This document shows, piece by piece, positions 40,733 through 50,709 of a DNA stretch of 64,000 nt. The stretch is from Candidatus Cloacimonadota bacterium (lineage in GTDB: Bacteria; Cloacimonadota; Cloacimonadia; Cloacimonadales; WRIO01): assembly GCA_029553545.1 (NCBI GenBank), contig JAKPKU010000170.1, forward strand, positions 4,621 through 68,620. Direction: 5' to 3'. How positions within the stretch are numbered: the stretch's first letter is position 1; each line of letters starts with the position of its first letter. Under the pieces are notes generated by a model. That model saw only the letters and a program-made list of their open reading frames with translations. It was not told where the DNA came from and did not search any database. The position numbers and the translations under genes were made by a program.

Positions 40733-42487
40733 CTATTGCATCCTACCTCTTCTTTTATTCTTATTCTTTGTATCGTCAGTCTGTTTCGTTCTATTTTTCT
40801 TAAATTGTTGTCTTTGCTCGTCCTTTGCTGGTCCTTTACGATCAGGTCTTTTTCTATTATCGCCATCGAATCTCTTTTCTTTTTTCCTATCTTTAGTATC
40901 TTCTTCCGATATTTCGACAAATATGCGTCTGCCATTATAGTCTTTCTTTTTAAAGCTGTCGACAACAGTGCCAGCAAAGCTATTTTCTATTTCAAAAAAT
41001 GAGAATATATCAAGTATCTTGATTTTGCCTATTGGTATAGTACGTATGCCTGTAAGCTCATTAATTAATGCTATCAAATCGGGTGGTGTGATATTGTCTT
41101 TTTTACCAAGATTAATAAACATTCTCTCATATTTTACAGTGTTTTTAGCCTTTGGATCGTATGCATTAATATCTTCAGAGTCCTTATAGTATTCAAGAAA
41201 ACGATTGAACTCAACAGATACAAACTTCTTGATCAATTCTTCTCTGTCCATCCACTCAAGTTTACGATAAATAATTGGCAAGAAAGAGTCTATTTCTGCC
41301 TCATTGACGTCTATTTTTTCAATTTTATCTATCTGGTGAAATAGTTGCTTTTCACAGACTTCACGCCCGCTTGGAACTTTTTTAAAGGCAAACTGTTTTT
41401 TAATCTGCCTTTCGATTATTTGAATCTTTCTTTTCTCTCTCAAATTCGCAATGACAACAGAAACACCTGTCTTGCCTGCTCGTCCAGTACGTCCACTGCG
41501 ATGTGTATATATTTCCAATTCATCAGGGATATTATAATTAATCACATGAGTTAAATCGTCGACATCGATTCCACGTGCAGCCACATCCGTTGCTACGAGC
41601 AAGCTGAGCAATCTATTTCTAAATCTACCCATCACATAATCGCGTTGGTTTTGAGATAAATCACCATGCAAGGAGTCGGCATTATAGCCATCTTTAATCA
41701 ATAAATCAGCTACATCTTGCGTTTCTTGTCGTGTGCGACAAAAAACAATGCCATAGATATTTGGGTAAAAGTCAACTATTCTCTTCAAGGCATTATATCT
41801 GTCTTTGGCGCTAACCATATAGCACTCATGTTTAACCCCATCAGCGCCTGAGTTTTTTGTACCAATTCCTATTTGTTCAAAGTTTTTCAAGTATTTACGT
41901 GCAATATCCAGAATTTCATCAGGCATTGTTGCAGAAAACATTAGCGTCTTTTTATCTTTAGGGGTATCAGCTAAAATCACTTCCAAGTCTTCACGAAATC
42001 CCATATCGAGCATTTCATCAGCTTCATCGAGCACAGCAGTGCTAATATTTCTTAAATCCACTTTCTTTCTATTCATCAAGTCAATCAAGCGTCCAGGTGT
42101 TGCGACAACTATTTGCACACCATCCTTTAGGATTTTTATTTGTCTCTCAATATTTGCGCCACCAAAAATAGCAACGACATTGAGGTTCTTGATATATTTT
42201 GCATAAACACTTATATCATCAGCGACTTGTAAACATAATTCACGGGTTGGACACAATATCAAATGCTGAATATGTGTTTTTTTAGTATTTGTTTTTTCGA
42301 TTATAGGTAAGCCAAAAGCTGCCGTCTTGCCTGTTCCTGTCTGTGCTGTTACTACGAGGTCTTGGTTTTGATCATTTAATAAAAAGGGTATTACCTTTGC
42401 TTGTACGGGTGTGGGATTGATAAAACCAAGTTCATCTACTGATTTTAATATTTCCTCGCTTAAGTTCATTTCTTTAAAGTTTGACAT
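40733..42487 (-). CDS. DEAD-box RNA helicase with DbpA RNA-binding domain
   Basis: AQTGTGKT, PTREL, DEADEM, SAT, HRSGRTGRAG; start placed at ATG 42487. Confidence 0.93.
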   Translation of the reverse strand: MSNFKEMNLSEEILKSVDELGFINPTPVQAKVIPFLLNDQNQDLVVTAQTGTGKTAAFGLPIIEKTNTKKTHIQHLILCPTRELCLQVADDISVYAKYIKNLNVVAIFGGANIERQIKILKDGVQIVVATPGRLIDLMNRKKVDLRNISTAVLDEADEMLDMGFREDLEVILADTPKDKKTLMFSATMPDEILDIARKYLKNFEQIGIGTKNSGADGVKHECYMVSAKDRYNALKRIVDFYPNIYGIVFCRTRQETQDVADLLIKDGYNADSLHGDLSQNQRDYVMGRFRNRLLSLLVATDVAARGIDVDDLTHVINYNIPDELEIYTHRSGRTGRAGKTGVSVVIANLREKRKIQIIERQIKKQFAFKKVPSGREVCEKQLFHQIDKIEKIDVNEAEIDSFLPIIYRKLEWMDREELIKKFVSVEFNRFLEYYKDSEDINAYDPKAKNTVKYERMFINLGKKDNITPPDLIALINELTGIRTIPIGKIKILDIFSFFEIENSFAGTVVDSFKKKDYNGRRIFVEISEEDTKDRKKEKRFDGDNRKRPDRKGPAKDEQRQQFKKNRTKQTDDTKNKNKRRGRMQ

Positions 42488-42635
42488 TTTTTCTCTTTCT
42501 GTTTTCATTTTTGGCAAAACAACTAAAAAAGGTAGTTTTATCTTTAAAAGTTATTACTATTGCATCAATATAAAGCATTGTCTTTTTGTCAATAAAAATC
42601 AACGCTTTTATAAATATTTTTTTAAAAGGAGTTTA

Positions 42636-43784
42636 TTATCCTATTGAAATCAATGGAACATAAAGCTCATCATCAGACAATCCGCCGTGAAAGCCGACGA
42701 AGTTACTGGGCTTTTCATTGTAAATTGGGTCGAGTAATACGTAATTTTCGTGCATAAAAATAATATAATCGCCCACGCGATCGATAAGTTTCTGGTTCAT
42801 CTCACCCACCCCAAAGAGTTGCATATCTAAAGCCTCTTTTTGGCTCAATATGCTACAGTACTGAGAAAACTCATTCTTCATAAAGCTTTCAAAAGCATCT
42901 GCCTCCGCGGGGCGTACATAACAAAATGGAACTCTATTTTCGCCACACAAGGGCAATATCAAGGCATCTGATATTTCTGGATAGTCTTTAACATAAAGCT
43001 TTTTGTTTGGTTCAACATCGACCATACCATGATCTGCAGTAATAAGAAAAAGCGTTTTCCCATCTGCATATTGATCTATCAGAGCATTTAACTTATTATC
43101 AATCTTAATAAACAAGTCCTTTGCCTCAGGAGAATTAATCCCATAGACATGGGCAGTTGCATCTAAGAAAGGATAATATGCCAAAATCATATTAGCTCCA
43201 TTTGCACTATCTTTGATCTGTGTTTCTAATGTAGTAAAAAAGTCTTTATGCCCTTCGTAAGCGACTTTATGTGGTGAGTTAAAGCTATGCTTTGAATAGG
43301 CAGAATTAATTGTTTCATTGGGAAAAATCACGCGATAAGGTATATTATTTTTATCAAAAGCATTTTCGTGATTAAAGATATCAGCGCCAAGCACGCCCAT
43401 TTCATCGAAAGGTATTTTACTAAAGCGCGGTGCAAAAGGCAATGAAACAGCAGCTGATGCCAATTCTTTGAAATACATATACCACCCCGTCATCGCATGC
43501 TGCAAAGGCGCTTGGGCGGTGAGAAAGCTTGTCACAGCGCTCGATGTAGTCGTAGGAAATACTGAGCTCAGCTTGCCAACCATTTTTTGGTATAAAAAGC
43601 TGTCTTGCTGCTTACTTAGAAAACTATGTCCCAGTGCATCTATCACAATGCAAACAATGTTTTTATACTTTTTGAGATCGACTTTTAAACTATTCAAAGG
43701 TTGATAGTTATTTTGACAATCAAAAGCACCCAGTATGCTTGACATGAGATTTACAATACTGTTTTGGTAATCAGGTCTATTCAT
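42636..43784 (-). CDS. Alkaline phosphatase-superfamily nucleotide pyrophosphatase/phosphodiesterase
   Basis: IDALG, SVFPTTT, LDATAH, TADHG, FHGG. Confidence 0.85.
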   Translation of the reverse strand: MNRPDYQNSIVNLMSSILGAFDCQNNYQPLNSLKVDLKKYKNIVCIVIDALGHSFLSKQQDSFLYQKMVGKLSSVFPTTTSSAVTSFLTAQAPLQHAMTGWYMYFKELASAAVSLPFAPRFSKIPFDEMGVLGADIFNHENAFDKNNIPYRVIFPNETINSAYSKHSFNSPHKVAYEGHKDFFTTLETQIKDSANGANMILAYYPFLDATAHVYGINSPEAKDLFIKIDNKLNALIDQYADGKTLFLITADHGMVDVEPNKKLYVKDYPEISDALILPLCGENRVPFCYVRPAEADAFESFMKNEFSQYCSILSQKEALDMQLFGVGEMNQKLIDRVGDYIIFMHENYVLLDPIYNEKPSNFVGFHGGLSDDELYVPLISIG

Positions 43785-43987
43785 TATTCTGTCTCCTATA
43801 AGCCATATAAATCAATTGAATCATTATGTCAAATAAAAATTCTTTATTTAATCAGATTAATCATAAAAGGCATTTTTTGTCTTGAAACATACGAGGCTTT
43901 TGCATAATCTCATAATAAAAATTTGCTCAATCATCATAACAACAAAATATAATAGAGGCTACTCTTTTCTCTTTCAAAAAAATCATA

Positions 43988-44069
43988 ATAAATCTCCTTT
44001 TCACTCCCTTTAGATTCCTATAAGATTACCTTTCATTCTCCAAGATAGCAAGGGGAATGCAAGGGTAGC
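43988..44069 (-). repeat. Dispersed hairpin repeat family P, full copy
   Basis: Reverse complement aligns over ~80 bp with 63131-63214. Confidence 0.85.
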
Positions 44070-44311
44070 CCAATAGATAATTTACTGTTAAATAGTCAAA
44101 TACAACAAAGAGAAAAAAAATCAAAGAAAAGAGAGAAAAACTGAGTAAAAAAGTGGAAATATTGGATTTTTTTTGCAATTATTTATGTTTAAAAAAAGAT
44201 TTTTAGCCTCTATATTTTTCAAAAAAGGAAGATTTAGCTTTCAGATCTACTGTCACTATATACCGTGAAATGCTTTATTGTTTACGAATTACAAATAATT
44301 AATAATATTTG

Positions 44312-44340
44312 TTGACAATATAATTGCTTTAAAATATAAT
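44312..44340 (+). promoter_or_regulatory. Consensus sigma70 promoter
   Basis: TTGACA-17-TATAAT. Confidence 0.75.
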
Positions 44341-44368
44341 GCTTTACAATAATATTAATGGAGCTTTT

Positions 44369-45502
44369 ATGAAAAAAATACAAACAATAATAAAGCAATT
44401 GGACTTCTTTGCAGACATTTCAGAAGAGGCTTTAAACGAAGTATCTTCAAGATTTACCTTAGAAAAATTTGCACCAGGAGAGACAATCTTTGAAGAGTTT
44501 TCTACAGGAGATAGCTTTTTTATTATTATAGAGGGCGAAGTTGAAGTCAGCAAGCATGTCGGTCAAAGTATTGAAACCACCCAAGCAGAACTTGATGTAT
44601 TAGGACCATACAGTTATTTTGGAGAAATGGCTCTGGTCGATGATTACCCACGCTCAGCGACTATTAGGGCTCGTACCGATATTGTTCTTTTAAAAATGAC
44701 CAAAAGAACTTTTATTGATTTATGTATGCAATACCCAATGTTGCTTTTTAACTTGATGAAGACAATATCTCACCGCCTTCGTAGCACAAACCAAAAGTTT
44801 GTAGAAATAGTTGATCGCTTAATAAAAGAAAGCCGTATGGCAGCAATTGGCACAGCAGCAAGCAAAATTGTTCATGATATCAAGACTCCCATCACTGTGA
44901 TTATACTAACAGCTGAGTTGATTGCCAGTCTTTATGAAGAGTCAGAAGAATTTACGGAAAAAATAATCAGCCAAGCGAAGAATCTTGATGAAATGATTCG
45001 CGAAATACTCGATTATGCCCGTGGAGAGCAGAGCGTTCTTGCACTCAAAGAAATAGACCTTGATGATTTTTTCAATAATTTAATGGTACCTATGCAAGCT
45101 ATTGCTGAAGCGCATGAAGTAAAATTGACTTTTAAAAATAATGTGAAGCAAAAGGTTGTTTTTGATGAAGGTAGAATAAAACGTTGTCTTTCAAACCTAA
45201 TAAAAAATGCGATAGAAGCAATCAATGAAGGAGATTCTGTTCATGTCGATGCAACTGTTGAAACTAATAATCTTGAAATATCAGTTCAAGACACGGGTGC
45301 AGGCATACCATTGGAATTAATAGATTCTTTATTTGAGCCATTTGTCACCAAAGGTAAAAAAGGTGGTACAGGTTTAGGCTTGGCAATAAGCAAAAAAATC
45401 ATCGAAGATCATCGTGGAAAACTTGAAATAACTAATACACCAAATTCGGGTGCATGCTTTACAGTCATTATTCCATTAATAAAATTTAGTAAAAAGAAAT
45501 AA
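44369..45502 (+). CDS. Cyclic-nucleotide-binding sensor histidine kinase
   Basis: cNMP domain FGEMAL...PRSAT; HDIKTP H-box; GGTGLGL; GGAG RBS before 44369. Confidence 0.9.
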   Translation: MKKIQTIIKQLDFFADISEEALNEVSSRFTLEKFAPGETIFEEFSTGDSFFIIIEGEVEVSKHVGQSIETTQAELDVLGPYSYFGEMALVDDYPRSATIRARTDIVLLKMTKRTFIDLCMQYPMLLFNLMKTISHRLRSTNQKFVEIVDRLIKESRMAAIGTAASKIVHDIKTPITVIILTAELIASLYEESEEFTEKIISQAKNLDEMIREILDYARGEQSVLALKEIDLDDFFNNLMVPMQAIAEAHEVKLTFKNNVKQKVVFDEGRIKRCLSNLIKNAIEAINEGDSVHVDATVETNNLEISVQDTGAGIPLELIDSLFEPFVTKGKKGGTGLGLAISKKIIEDHRGKLEITNTPNSGACFTVIIPLIKFSKKK

Positions 45503-45569
45503 ATTACTTGCCAAAATAACACGATTTGTTTTTTTGGTTTAAAGATAGAAGTGAAGGAGAAGGTGAACT

Positions 45570-45761
45570 ATGGCAATCATGTGTGATATTTGCGGTAAAA
45601 AACCTTTAAACGGTAATCTTCGCTCTCACTCAATGAGAGCTTCTAAAAGAAGATTTTTACCTAATTTGCAAAAAATTAGAGCAGAAATAGATGGCGAAGC
45701 TAAAAATATTAAAATCTGCACTGCTTGTTTAAAGAAAAACACTATTAAAAAAATTGTTTAA
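45570..45761 (+). CDS. rpmB: 50S ribosomal protein L28 (zinc-ribbon form)
   Basis: CDICGK..GN.RSHS...RRFLPNLQ...CTAC. Confidence 0.95.
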   Translation: MAIMCDICGKKPLNGNLRSHSMRASKRRFLPNLQKIRAEIDGEAKNIKICTACLKKNTIKKIV

Positions 45762-45767
45762 TTTTTT

Positions 45768-45794
45768 AGACCGTTATTAAACGGTCTTTTTTTT
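45768..45794 (+). terminator. Intrinsic terminator
   Basis: agaccgtt-atta-aacggtct plus T-tract. Confidence 0.75.
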
Positions 45795-45831
45795 AAATCT
45801 TGTATTTTGACAAAAATAAATAGGAGGACTT

Positions 45832-46314
45832 ATGGAAATTATTATTGAAAACATTAATTATCCCGAAGGTGCAAATATTATTTATGGGCAATCTCACTTT
45901 ATAAAAACTGTCGAAGATCTCTATGAAGCAATGATAAATTCTGCACCTAATGCTAAATTTGGCTTAGCATTCAATGAAGCGTCTGGTCCTTGCTTGATCA
46001 GAAAAGATGGAAATGACAATGAGCTCACAGATCTCGCTGCACAAATTCAAAAAAAACTCGGCGCAGGACACACTTTTATTATCATTATGCAAAACTGCTT
46101 CCCAATACAAGTCTTACCCGCTATTAAAGAATGTAGAGAAGTGGTGAATATTTTCTGCGCAACAGGTAATCCTGTGCAAGTTATTATGGCTCAAACCGAG
46201 CAAGGACGCGGAGTACTCGGCGTTATTGATGGCAATTCTCCCAAAGGTATCGAGCTCGACTCAGATATCTTTAATAGAAAGAACTTCTTGATAAATATTG
46301 GATATAAAAGATAG
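45832..46314 (+). CDS. Adenosine-specific kinase family protein
   Basis: GQSHFIKTVEDLYE, FGLAFNEASG, FCATGNP, GRGVLGVIDG. Confidence 0.85.
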   Translation: MEIIIENINYPEGANIIYGQSHFIKTVEDLYEAMINSAPNAKFGLAFNEASGPCLIRKDGNDNELTDLAAQIQKKLGAGHTFIIIMQNCFPIQVLPAIKECREVVNIFCATGNPVQVIMAQTEQGRGVLGVIDGNSPKGIELDSDIFNRKNFLINIGYKR

Positions 46315-46340
46315 AATAGCTCATAAATTATAATAATTAG

Positions 46341-46430
46341 ACAGCCAATTTCACTCTGTGAAGTTGGCTGTTTTTTTGATTCGTGTCAAAGAGGCAAATA
46401 AAAAAAAGCCGCAGCTGCGGCTTTTTCTTT
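46341..46430. terminator. Pair of convergent intrinsic terminators
   Basis: acagccaa...ttggctgt-T7 and aaaaaagccgcagctgcggcttttt. Confidence 0.7.
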
Positions 46431-46627
46431 TGTTACAAAACTCTCCATCCGATCGCTTCTGAATCCTCTTGTTTGATTATATGATTCTATGTGCATACTA
46501 CTTTGTAAATGTGCTTTGGACACTGATGTGCGTATTGTTTTTTGGGATCCAATTATTGGCACATCGTTCTTCATCAGAAGGCGTATTTTGTGACTCTTTC
46601 ACGACTCCTTTTCATCATTTAACCTCT

Positions 46628-47230
46628 TTAAAACACAATATTGAGATTACATGACAATGTTGAATTGGTAGCACCGATAATGCTGTTTTTAAATATGTTA
46701 GTGAGACCTTTTGTATAGTTCACACCTAATATTAGTCTCTTTTGGAGGACAAAATCGACGCCTAAATTCATTCCTAAATCCAATAATTCCACTTCTTTTG
46801 TGATATCGGTACGTTTTTTCTCATACTCTGAGATTCCTTTGAGAAGAATGGCTGGAGATAAGCCAATGAATGGTTGCATCTCTACCTTTTCATGCTTTGA
46901 TCTGATTCTATACTTTGCATGTACAGGGAGCTCTAAATACCTTAATTCGGTAATAGCTGAGCCATCGAGAGTCTTCGATTTGTCTCCTTTGATGGAAAAT
47001 AGCATGTCTATGCCTAATAAAGAGTTGTCCCCGAGCTGCTCCAGCATAAACAAACCAGCGAAATATCCTGTTCGATTATTGGTATCACGATTATCTCCAT
47101 CATATGCTATTCTTGTTATATTTACACCACCTTTTACCCCAATAAGTCTGTATTTTTCATCCTTTGCCTCTTGACAAAATAGATTAGATATTAATGCGAT
47201 CGCTATTAGAAGTAAGATTGTCTTTTTCAT
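46628..47230 (-). CDS. Outer-membrane beta-barrel protein (PorT/OMP_b-brl_2-like)
   Basis: Signal peptide; GVKGGVN, YLELP, YTKGL; terminal Phe. Confidence 0.75.
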   Translation of the reverse strand: MKKTILLLIAIALISNLFCQEAKDEKYRLIGVKGGVNITRIAYDGDNRDTNNRTGYFAGLFMLEQLGDNSLLGIDMLFSIKGDKSKTLDGSAITELRYLELPVHAKYRIRSKHEKVEMQPFIGLSPAILLKGISEYEKKRTDITKEVELLDLGMNLGVDFVLQKRLILGVNYTKGLTNIFKNSIIGATNSTLSCNLNIVF

Positions 47231-47829
47231 GCTACAGCTCCTTTTTGTATTAACCAGTCGAAGAAGAGATCTATCTCAGTGTTGAGGTTGTTTTGGTGGC
47301 GGTCATATATACCTTTGACATAGTTGCTTAGATGGTAATCATCTGAGAGTTTTAACCCCTCTTTTTGCTCGTCGGTGAAATAGTTCATCAAGTCAGCCAC
47401 ATACAAACCATAACGGCTGTACATGTCTAAATGGTCACTGTAAGATGAGTCTTCGCTTGGACAAGAAAAGAAATAGCCTGTATAGCTATTTACCAGGTCT
47501 TCTACCTCTCCTTTTTCAGGCAATCTCGCCCGAAAAAAGAATGCGTCTGTTGATTTCATTATTTGCCTCCATTGTATTTTGGGAACTGCTTTCAGGAGCT
47601 GCTCCTTAGTGTTAATATTAAAATCATCATCAAAAGAAAAGCTTGTGATGATAGTATTATTGGTCAGGTCAAAGATTGAGAATAGATGAGGACTTGAGCC
47701 ACTCTGTACGTCCCTTCGAATCAAAAGAAGATGAAGATATAGAGTGTCTCTATTGATACCTAATATGATATCTCTGCCTGCTTTGCAGATATTATCAAAG
47801 AGCAACTTGTTATACTCGCTGATCTCCAT
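47227..47829 (-). CDS. Hypothetical protein
   Basis: GGAGAGGA RBS before ATG 47829; stop overlaps next start (ATGA). Confidence 0.6.
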   Translation of the reverse strand: MEISEYNKLLFDNICKAGRDIILGINRDTLYLHLLLIRRDVQSGSSPHLFSIFDLTNNTIITSFSFDDDFNINTKEQLLKAVPKIQWRQIMKSTDAFFFRARLPEKGEVEDLVNSYTGYFFSCPSEDSSYSDHLDMYSRYGLYVADLMNYFTDEQKEGLKLSDDYHLSNYVKGIYDRHQNNLNTEIDLFFDWLIQKGAVA

Positions 47830-48246
47830 GTCCTCTCCATACTTCTTGTGGTTCCTCATGAGGGTACTCCCATTCTGCTCCCATTTAGCTTTTAATGATG
47901 ACTGGTGAGCTTTTTCTACGATATCTGATCCGATATTCTTTTTATTATATAGCATGTTATTTGTCAACATCTTTTTTTGGCTCCTCAAAAGTAATAAAAG
48001 TGGCTCTGCAATTGTGTGATACTACGGTAGAATAGTAGCAAGTTCAGATGTCGGTTTGCCTGCTATGCCATGTATTGCATCTGGATTGGGTAATACATTA
48101 CCTGTCCCTTTGACACTTAAAATTTAGTGGATTATAGTGAGTTATTAACTGTTATAAAAAAATACTGCATTTTGCATTAAACTTTTCTATTGACAAAACA
48201 CAGCTTTTTAACACATAGTAATTAGAGATTATTTTTAGGGGTTTAA

Positions 48247-50709
48247 ATGAAAAATATAAAAAGCGATATCAAAAAAAGCATATTATTTGCATTGCTCTTA
48301 TTGCTTTTGTCTATCTTCTCTTTACATGCAGAAGAGAGGATAGTTCTAAAAGTCTTTGAATTGCCTGATCCACAAAAGACAGATGCCTATACAAAGGCAA
48401 ACAGCAATGTGATAAAAGCCTTTAGAGAAAAGTACCCCTATATCGAGCTACGTGCATTTTCTGGTATCAAGATAGAGAATATGGATCTCGACTCGGGTCC
48501 ATTGATGGCTATTGCTGGCGGTGTAGCGCCTGATATTATCTATGTAAACTTCAGACAGAGCGATACTTATATACAGAATAATTTCTTATATCCACTTGAT
48601 GAATTTATAGCAAAAGAGCCTGCTGAGTCAATGGACTTACGTGTAGAAAAGCCTGTTTGGCAGGTGATCAAGCGTAAGAAAAAGGGGGAATCTGACGAGA
48701 AAGTCTGGATGCTGCCCTATGAGACTCTGGTGCGTGTATTAATGTATCGTAAAGACACGTTCAAGCGGGCAGGGCTCAATGCCAATACGCCTCCGACAAA
48801 TTGGGAAGAGTTTCGTGAATACGCAAAGATACTGAGTAACCCAAGCGAAGGGAATTTTGGGACTGTTTTAGCAGGCGGACCCCAAGCAGCTTATGATTGG
48901 TTGCCTTTCTTGTGGGCGGCGGGTGGTGATGCAGTTGTATTTGACGAAGAAAAGCAGGTTTGGAAAGCATCTTTTGCCAGTGAGGCAGGCATAACTGCAA
49001 TGGAGTATTATCTGAGCCTTTTGACTGAGAAATGGCAAGATAAAAAGGGGCGCACCCAAGAAGGCTATGCAATGCGTGAGGGTGACTGGGGCTATTTGTG
49101 GGAAGAGGGCAAAATTGGCATGCGTATGGACTACCTTTCTCAGCAGAATATGGGTGGTAAATATGATCCCAACCTCTTTGGCTTTGCACCAAGCCCTGCA
49201 GGTCCCTCAGGGGCTGGTGGCAGTGAAATAAACTGCCGTATGATGGGGATATTCTCGCAAGCAGGCATCAGCAATAATGCAGGTATGGGCGACCGAGACC
49301 CAGTAAAGGTCCGTGATGGGGCTTGGAAATTTATACAGTTTTATGATAGTGAAGAGGCACGCCAGATACGCCTCAAAGTGATGATAGAAAATGGCTATGG
49401 TAAAATGCAAAACCCTGTTTTTCTCAAACGCTATGGCTATGAAGATTATTTAAAATACGCCCCACAAGGCTGGTTGGAGACATTTGAAAAAGCAATGAAT
49501 GAAGGCAAGCCTGAACCCTTTGGCGATAATTGTCAAAAGGTCTATGAATTTATGACTTATCCATTGGATGAGTTGGTGAATTTAGACTTAAAAGGAAGAT
49601 TGGGCACCGATCCTGAAGCAAGAAGAAAAAAGATCGCAGAAGTTTTAACAAAAGCTGAAGAACGAACAAATATCGAGATGATTGGCACCTTGCCTGAGAA
49701 TGTCCGCTCGCAAAGGCAAAGGCTCGCCTCTGTCATTGCAGCACTCATTCTATTCTTCTTTGCCTTTACACTCTGGCGTGTGTGGCGAATCTTAGCACCC
49801 CAACAAGAACATTATGAAAACAAAAAGAGTAAGCATTTAGTCTTAATTTCTCTGCTCCTGGCACCAGCAATTATCAGTGTCTTTGTCTGGAAATATGTAC
49901 CGATGGTGACAGGCTCATTGATGGCAGTGCAAGACTTTAAGCTTGTAGGTGATAGCCCCTTTACAGGCTTTGCTAATCTGGCAGAAGTACTATTCGATCA
50001 GACTTGGTGGGCATCTGTCGGTAAAACGCTTTACTATATGTTTTTAAGCCTTGGTTTAGGCTTTTTGCCTCCAATATTATTAGCCATACTATTGCAAGAA
50101 GTATCGCATGGCAAAGTACTCTATCGCGTGATTTATTATTTGCCAGCTGTAATCAGTGGCGTAATAGTTATTTATCTTTGGAAACTGTTGTACAATCCAA
50201 CTGATGCAGGTATATTAAATCAAATCTTGATGAGTATAGGCTTGCCAAAGAGCATGTGGATAAAAGACGAGAGCCTTGCCATGCTCTGCATCGTCATACC
50301 AGGCATTTGGGCAGGTATGGGACCAGGCAGTCTCATCTATCTGGCAGCCTTGAAGAATATTCCCAATGATCTCTATGAAGCGGCGGATTTGGACGGAGCA
50401 GGCTTTGTTCAAAAGATTAGGCATATAGTCTTCCCCAGCCTAAAAGGCTTGATTATCATCCAGTTTATCGCAGCCTTTATAGTTGCAGCACAGACGAGTG
50501 ACTTTATTCTGGTAATGACCTTTGGTGGACCTAATGAGGCTACACGTGTGGCAGATCTTTTAATCTTTGAAAAGGCTTATTTATATCTTAAATTTGGCTT
50601 AGCAACGACCATGGCATGGCTTTTGAGCCTCTTGATGATGGGCTTCACAGTGATGCAGATCAAGTATATCTCAAAAATGGAATTTAGTACAGCGAAAGAG
50701 GATGATTGA
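48247..50709 (+). CDS. Fused extracellular solute-binding protein + carbohydrate ABC permease
   Basis: Signal peptide, ~480-aa SBP region, then TM helices with LYEAADLDGAG EAA motif. Confidence 0.88.
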   Translation: MKNIKSDIKKSILFALLLLLLSIFSLHAEERIVLKVFELPDPQKTDAYTKANSNVIKAFREKYPYIELRAFSGIKIENMDLDSGPLMAIAGGVAPDIIYVNFRQSDTYIQNNFLYPLDEFIAKEPAESMDLRVEKPVWQVIKRKKKGESDEKVWMLPYETLVRVLMYRKDTFKRAGLNANTPPTNWEEFREYAKILSNPSEGNFGTVLAGGPQAAYDWLPFLWAAGGDAVVFDEEKQVWKASFASEAGITAMEYYLSLLTEKWQDKKGRTQEGYAMREGDWGYLWEEGKIGMRMDYLSQQNMGGKYDPNLFGFAPSPAGPSGAGGSEINCRMMGIFSQAGISNNAGMGDRDPVKVRDGAWKFIQFYDSEEARQIRLKVMIENGYGKMQNPVFLKRYGYEDYLKYAPQGWLETFEKAMNEGKPEPFGDNCQKVYEFMTYPLDELVNLDLKGRLGTDPEARRKKIAEVLTKAEERTNIEMIGTLPENVRSQRQRLASVIAALILFFFAFTLWRVWRILAPQQEHYENKKSKHLVLISLLLAPAIISVFVWKYVPMVTGSLMAVQDFKLVGDSPFTGFANLAEVLFDQTWWASVGKTLYYMFLSLGLGFLPPILLAILLQEVSHGKVLYRVIYYLPAVISGVIVIYLWKLLYNPTDAGILNQILMSIGLPKSMWIKDESLAMLCIVIPGIWAGMGPGSLIYLAALKNIPNDLYEAADLDGAGFVQKIRHIVFPSLKGLIIIQFIAAFIVAAQTSDFILVMTFGGPNEATRVADLLIFEKAYLYLKFGLATTMAWLLSLLMMGFTVMQIKYISKMEFSTAKEDD

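Noticed and set aside
46386..46618. Possible WYL-domain remnant (HIESYNQTRGFRSDRMESF) on the minus strand
   Set aside because: Resemblance is by eye only, the upstream RBS/ATG is in another frame and the ORF runs through a terminator; it needs an HMM search.
47830..47988. N-terminal extension of ORF 47227-47988
   Set aside because: Stronger RBS at ATG 47829, and the extension contains a promoter-like TTGACA.
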